From Auanema rhodensis (Eukaryota > Animalia > Nematoda), in NCBI GenBank assembly GCA_964057225.1, contig OZ059895.1:17546001-17610000 (forward strand): a DNA stretch of 64,000 nt, read 5' to 3'. This document shows positions 57,701 to 64,000 of the stretch, piece by piece. A program made the translations under genes and the position numbers. The notes under the pieces are model-generated. The model did not search any database and was not told the DNA's origin. It saw only the letters and a program-made list of their open reading frames with translations. Every line of letters begins with the position of its first letter. Position 1 is the first letter of the stretch.

Positions 57701-60299
57701 CGTTCGTTTCGCTCTCCGCTTTTCGTTTGTAAATGGAACGAACGATTCTGACTGACCATAGATGCATGAATCAGATTAGAGCACAGCTACACAAGGAAAT
57801 GTAATGGTCACAAAATGGGTGTGTGTGTGTGTGAGAGAGAGAGAGGAAAGAGGTTATGAGAAAAAAGAGAGAAGTGATGAGATATGCATATACATATATA
57901 CAAAGAGAGGGAGAGTTGTAGAAATGACATCAAGGAAACAAGATGAAACAGTATAATAAGAAAAGACCGAGAATCAATTGATAGAAAAGACAGGAGAAGA
58001 GAAGACACATTAGCAAAGCATAACATAAGTTGAGATGCTGATACAATCTTTCCACCAATGAATGTAATGAACGGTTGAATAGGTTATGCAAACATATAGT
58101 AATATAGTAGTTACCAGGAATATTGAACAATTATTTCATATACATATATCATGTGGATAGAAATATAGAAAATGCTGAGATATTGCTTGAAGTTTGTTAC
58201 ACAAATCGATAGAGCATGACAGAAAATGGTGTGCACAGTGCTTTCACCGTGTCAGGCTTCATATCTTTTAACTTTATACGTGAAGGAGATGTCAGATGTG
58301 TATTTCTCCGTTATAATAAAGCTCATGTTGTTTGCATTATATGAAGCAGAATGTAACACAGAAGAAGAGAGTTCGATTCATATGACCGTACGTACATCAT
58401 TCCCTGAGCTCATTCTTGTCGTCGCCTTGTGTCATGCTTCTACTCCCGTGAAAACTCCACCTACTATTCTCCTCTCTCCCTCTCTATCTTTCTCTCTTTT
58501 TTTTCTCTCTTTCTTGATCCATAATACCCGTGTACAATCTATCTTTCTATTCTTGTTGTTTCATTTCAAGACTTTTTCTGTTAGCTTTTCCAGCTTCAGG
58601 AGCTGCGGAGTATTCGTCGCCGGCGAATAGAAGGTAGGCTACGAGAGAAAGGAAAGCAAAACGAAGGACAACCCTGCGGCATCACTCCTCTCCCTTTCTC
58701 TCTGTGTCTCTCAAACTTCCAACTCATTCTTGCATTCTCTGTAATTCATTGTCATCTATTCGTTGGCTTTCTTCTCTCTGTTAGCCTTCTATTTCACCTT
58801 CTTTCCGTTTTCAGATGGGGAACGCGAGACATGGGTGTTTGCTTACCAATAGATATATGGCTTGCATTCTGTTTTCACCTCAAATAGGTACAAGAAAGCA
58901 AAAGCGGATATTTTCAGATAAAACCCACCAGCATGTACGTAGTCATCGAGGAGGAAGAAAGGGAATGTAGAGTGTGCTAGAGAAAGAGAAAGAGAACAAA
59001 ATGTGAAACAGTAAAGCAACTTCAACGATATGGTATCGAAGTGAAAAATATTGCAGAATCACAATTGCAAAAGGTAAATCGAACACAAATTGCTATTCGA
59101 CACATGTTGTTCAAAAAGTTCATCCACACAAAGTAAAAGAAGGAGAGTATTTTCCAAACAACTCTGTATGCACACACACACTCATTTGCCCCTTAACATC
59201 CAAGAAACAAAACCTTTTTTTTCTTAAAAGTTGCAAAACGGAAAAGACAACTTCATGAACAAGCAACAGCACATGCTTCTGAGAGAACATATCAGCAAGC
59301 AAATGAGATGAGTGTATGTAAATCTTGAGAAAACAGAAGCATAATGTTCTTCAGAGATGAATATTTCACATGAGTTCTGATGTGCTACCTGAAGGACCGA
59401 GATGAAGTTGACGAACTGGACTCTTGCTCAGCAAGATGAAAAGAGCAATAACTAGATTTTTCAAAGTTAACATCAAATTGCAAGAAGAGAAAAAGAAAAT
59501 TTTTTAATTGTAAAAGATAATTGTAATAAAAATATGAAGAAATTGCGTACATATGTAGTCAATTTTAGTCAAAGACATGCCATGAAATGCAATATTTTTC
59601 TTAGACTTGGCTCAGTCTGAGAGTCCTGAGAGAAACGTCAACTCAAAGTTGCTCAAAGTCTGGAGGCCAAAATAGAGAATGAATTTGAGAGTATAATTAT
59701 AATAATTGTGTTTTAATAAACAGAAACAAGTATGAATGAGCATATATTACATAGATAGATTGAAATTGAAAAAAATATATTAAATGATAACATGATCAAA
59801 TCAATAATCATAGCTATCAGACAAATTTAAGTAAGTCATGTTTATATAATTATAATCAATTAAATACATACATGGTCCTATATATTTGAACAAAAAACGT
59901 TATGTTTTTGTTTAGTTCTATTATTTGTATCTTGAAAGCTTTCATTCCATAAACATTTGGTTCAAATATATAGGAACATGACTGTAACTGTAAATGATCA
60001 TTTTTTTATAATAAAAAGTGTGAGCAATATGTTTATCGTAAGGTATAAACTACAAAATGCAGATTTTATTTGAATTTACTGATCATCACACGATATACAT
60101 TATTGCTTAGCGAAATAGAGATGATGTATCCATGACAACAATGCTGGCTAAGGAGCCAATTAACAGCTTATCAACAACCACTATAGCTTATGCATTATGC
60201 TAATATCTCTTTATGTGTCTGTAAAAGATTTAGATTTCGATAAAGAGAATTAAAGCATAGAAGGTAATAAGTTAAAACGAGAGAGGACAAGGAAAATAA

Positions 60300-60392
60300 A
60301 GAAAGAGACAGAGAGAGAGAGAAAGAAAGAGAGAGAAAGAGATAAAGGGAGAGAGAGAGAGAGATAAAGGGAGAGAGAGAGATAGAAAGAAA
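60300..60392. repeat. Degenerate GA-rich repeat
   Basis: GA runs with two copies of GAGATAAAGGGAGAGAGAGAGA. Confidence 0.85.
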
Positions 60393-63300
60393 GCATAATA
60401 CAAGGATTAGAAAATGTTGCCATATGTGTGATTCGACCTATACATTCGCATAAAGACAGTAAAATTTAAATAAAAATTATTTTATGTTCTGATAGTTACT
60501 ATTGTTTTGGAAATTTGGAAAATGAATTGAAAGATTTACTAATATAGAAGAAATATAAATAATATTGAATAGAGACTGAAACAATATAATTTAAGATGAA
60601 TGATTTGTAAAGTGCATATTATCTTGATAATATTTAATATATTACATATATACTTGAGAAACATTGTAGTTAAAATTCGAAAAATTATAAAATATTAACT
60701 ATTATTATACAAAATATCGGTATAGTGTAGTTAACTAGATGACGACTAATCAGTAGCTATGAATAAATGAACTTAAGATCACTGACTTAGCTTTAATCCG
60801 ACATTAAAACAATTGTTGGACTCGTCATTGATAATTACTTTGCAAAATTCGAGCTTTCAATAGCTGATTTTGAATCTATTCTGAATATGAACAACTTGAG
60901 AAAAGGGGGGAGGCTGGGGAAAGGGGAGGAGGGTGATATGACCAACACTGAATTTTTATTATTAATTTGATTATTTCTATTCATTTTCAAGTAATATAAA
61001 ATGATAAACATTTTTTTCTTTTAATTTGCCAAAAATGAACGTCTATTTTTTTTAAAATAAACGTCACAAGCGCGCGAATTTCACGCAAAATTTCACGTGT
61101 GCATGCGACTGTTATTGTTAAATGTGGGACATTTGTAGGCGGTTGATCTTGAACGAAGAATTTTCATTATAGTTAAGTAGGTATACAATATATAATATAT
61201 TTTTTAAATTGATATAGTTGCTTAACTTTGCTTTTTGTATATTTCATAATGCTGGTTTGGTCAATTTATTATACAGTTTTGACAAATTATCTTTATATTT
61301 CACCGATAATATATTTATATTTATCTAATAATTAATATTCATGTTTTAACTAGTAGTATGATATATAACAATTATAACTATTTTTATTTTAAGGTATGCT
61401 AGTAGGACCAAGCTGTCTCTAAGATACTGCTGTTCCTGCTGCTATGGCTGGTGTTATGGCTGCAAACTATTAAGCAGGTAAAAGACCTTCGATTTTTTGC
61501 AAAAATTAACTAATATTTTCTTTGAATACAATATGTTGAGTTAATTATATCATATATAGATATATATATACATGTATATGCGTATAATCAATTTAAGAAT
61601 AATATGAAGTTTAAAAGTATAAAATATCACTTCTATTCTTTAATTAAAGACATTTAGCAATGTTCTTATAGATATATACATAGTGAATGTTAAATATACA
61701 TGTATAACATAACTATTAAGAATAGCAATGCTGTAATACCTTAGTGCATTTGATAGCTATGCTATTGGCGAGCGTGAGAAATGAAACTCTTCTGTCTCTT
61801 TTCATCTCTCTCTCTCTCTCTCCTGGGACAGCGTTATACTATCCGTAAAGCTTGGAACTATATACATATCTTAATATATTTATAATACCAAAAAAGTAAT
61901 CGAACTATATATGGTTAACTATGTACTAAACATTCATCATCAATCCATCTCATTAGTCATCAAACTAATGTCCCATTTTGATTAGTTCACACTGTTTATA
62001 GCAATTGTATACTCTATAATACCCATGTATCAGTAATGTTTCATAATATTTTCAAACCTATCGCTCTAATTTTTTTCAAAGTTTTAGAATTCAAATTCTA
62101 CTCCCGCGAATAATCGAATAGACTTATCTGATTAGCATAATTCTCCAAAAGACTGTGAAGATGAAGCTGTTAGTTCGTGAGATCATTGTCACTTCGTGTT
62201 CCCATAGTACAAGGTACCTCAGTTAGTTTACAATTTTAATTTTTTTAATTTATGTTTTATTATTATTATTATTATTATTCTACTATTTCTTTTTTTCTTA
62301 TTTCTTTATGTTTGAAATCTTATATATATATAATATTTAGTTTGAAAAATCTATAATTTCTTTCATCTTCTGATCTTTAACTTTACCGATTATAAACAAA
62401 TTTGAGCATGTGTATATGTGCTCACGAACACTTTTATCATCTTGTAACTGTTTTGGTCTTTTCTCACTCTCAGTTTCTCAGTTTACCTTACTATTTCTTC
62501 TGCACATTCCCTTCAATTTGATCGCCTTTCTCTCGCTTTCTCCCTTTCTCTCCCTGTGCTCTTGTATTAGCATCGTCTCTTTTGGAGTCAATTTCTTCTT
62601 TTCTATTTACATATTATATTGCGATTGATGTTCGAATAGAATGTCCATGGTAAGGTTCTCGTTTGCCAATCTTGTCTCAATGCATTGTCTACCATATGCG
62701 CACTGAAAACGAGAAAAGGTTATTGGCCATACAACATCAATCGTGGCTTACAGCTTTGCTGTTCATCTCTCAGCCAAACGTATGGTTTCTAAGTATTTAT
62801 GCTAGCACATCAAATCATAACTATGTACAACCTATCTTGCACCTCTCCCTCTCTTCCTATTTCTTTCCTTTTGTCGTTTCTATTATAGTTAACATTCTTA
62901 AAGATGTAAGCAATAACCCATTATAAATGTATGATGAACGTGTAACACCTAAAGATCACAACCAAAAGCTACGTGTGTAGTCGAATGTGCTCTTGATCAC
63001 TGTGATTTGCTCATTACATTCCATCAAAAGATAAACCGGAACTATTATAATCAATCTGCAGCATATAGTATATAATCCCTGGACAATGTTGTTTTTTAAA
63101 TTATTTTTTTGGTCTCTGTTTCATGTATACTAACACCAATTAGCATAGCATAGCATAGCTTAATGTTATGTTCTTATATTATTATAGATAATTTCTTAAT
63201 AGACTACATCTGTTTATTACCTCAGTTCCTCGTATATAACAATTTTTATGATCTAGTTATGCTTTTCAATTTTTTTTATTTGCAACTACAGCTAAATACT

Positions 63301-64000
63301 CAAGTGTATACTAAAGAAGTAAATATAATTTGATTGCATAGCGTGTCTGAACTATTTTTCTATCATTTCTACCCTCTCTATATCATCAGTTGATATAGTA
63401 TTGTTAACTATGATTATACTATATAGTATATACAGTTTGGTTTAATGCATTTATCATCCTCAATATCTCTCACTCATCAAATGGCTTCAAGATGAAGAAG
63501 AATAAACCAACTCCATCTTCCTCATCTTCCATCTATAATTCATCATGATTTAGGCAAGATCATAGTTTAGCTTTTCTTCATTATTTCGACTCAGCTAACA
63601 GACAAATAGTCATATATGCCATCATCATCGCCTGATGGATGCATAGTGAATCTGTAAAGCAAGCTGACCAACAAAGGTCAATGTATTGCATATCGCATCC
63701 TTCACCTTTTTCACCTTCGCATACCCTTTTTGATATTAATATATAAGGTATATCATATATTATATATACATATATATATATATATGTATATATATATATG
63801 TATGAAATTCAAGTATATATCTCATTTTATATAAATGATCTTATATATTTATCTCAGTTCATTTATATATTAATCATTAGTTTAATAATCAAACATGTCA
63901 TATTTCTCAAACGTTTTCAACCAGAAACTTCGAAACTTTGAGATTAATAGCTGTCTATTGATTTGATACTATTGTTCAAAACTGATTGTTTGTTATTGAC

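Noticed and set aside
58599-58980. Three short AG/GT-bounded segments on the plus strand
   Set aside because: No consistent long frame or recognisable product; cannot be supported.
60904-60934. G-run cluster, possible G-quadruplex
   Set aside because: Single isolated purine tract in a purine-repeat-rich region with no functional context.

Overview
Eukaryotic genomic DNA from a rhabditid (clade V) nematode, judged from C. elegans-like proteins, ~45-nt introns and operon-like spacing; the species cannot be fixed from this window. A compact, intron-dense core (about 13-50 kb) holds: an unknown gene, a TRPA-2-like channel, a minus-strand cluster spg-7 > POLR3G/RPC7 > crn-1(FEN1), pbrm-1, and, divergent from it, an ARMC5-like gene > csn-2 > EAF6 > vps-34. 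A complete DAP1 gene missed by the ORF track is nested antisense in an ARMC5 intron. At 10.3-12.6 kb lies a secreted mucin-like/furin-site/cystine-knot gene of noggin-like/Trunk/PTTH type. The flanks (0-10 kb, 50-64 kb) are gene-poor and microsatellite-rich. Most notable: (1) many 43-47-nt introns must end in AAG, skipping closer consensus YAG sites, suggesting length-driven acceptor choice; (2) a GC-rich, hairpin-rich island in the one long pbrm-1 intron (ncRNA or internal promoter); (3) an orphan cystine-knot ligand; (4) two identically spaced GCGC-type + TACNGTAG promoter motif pairs. Gene models were spliced by eye, and homology calls rest on remembered motifs, not database searches.
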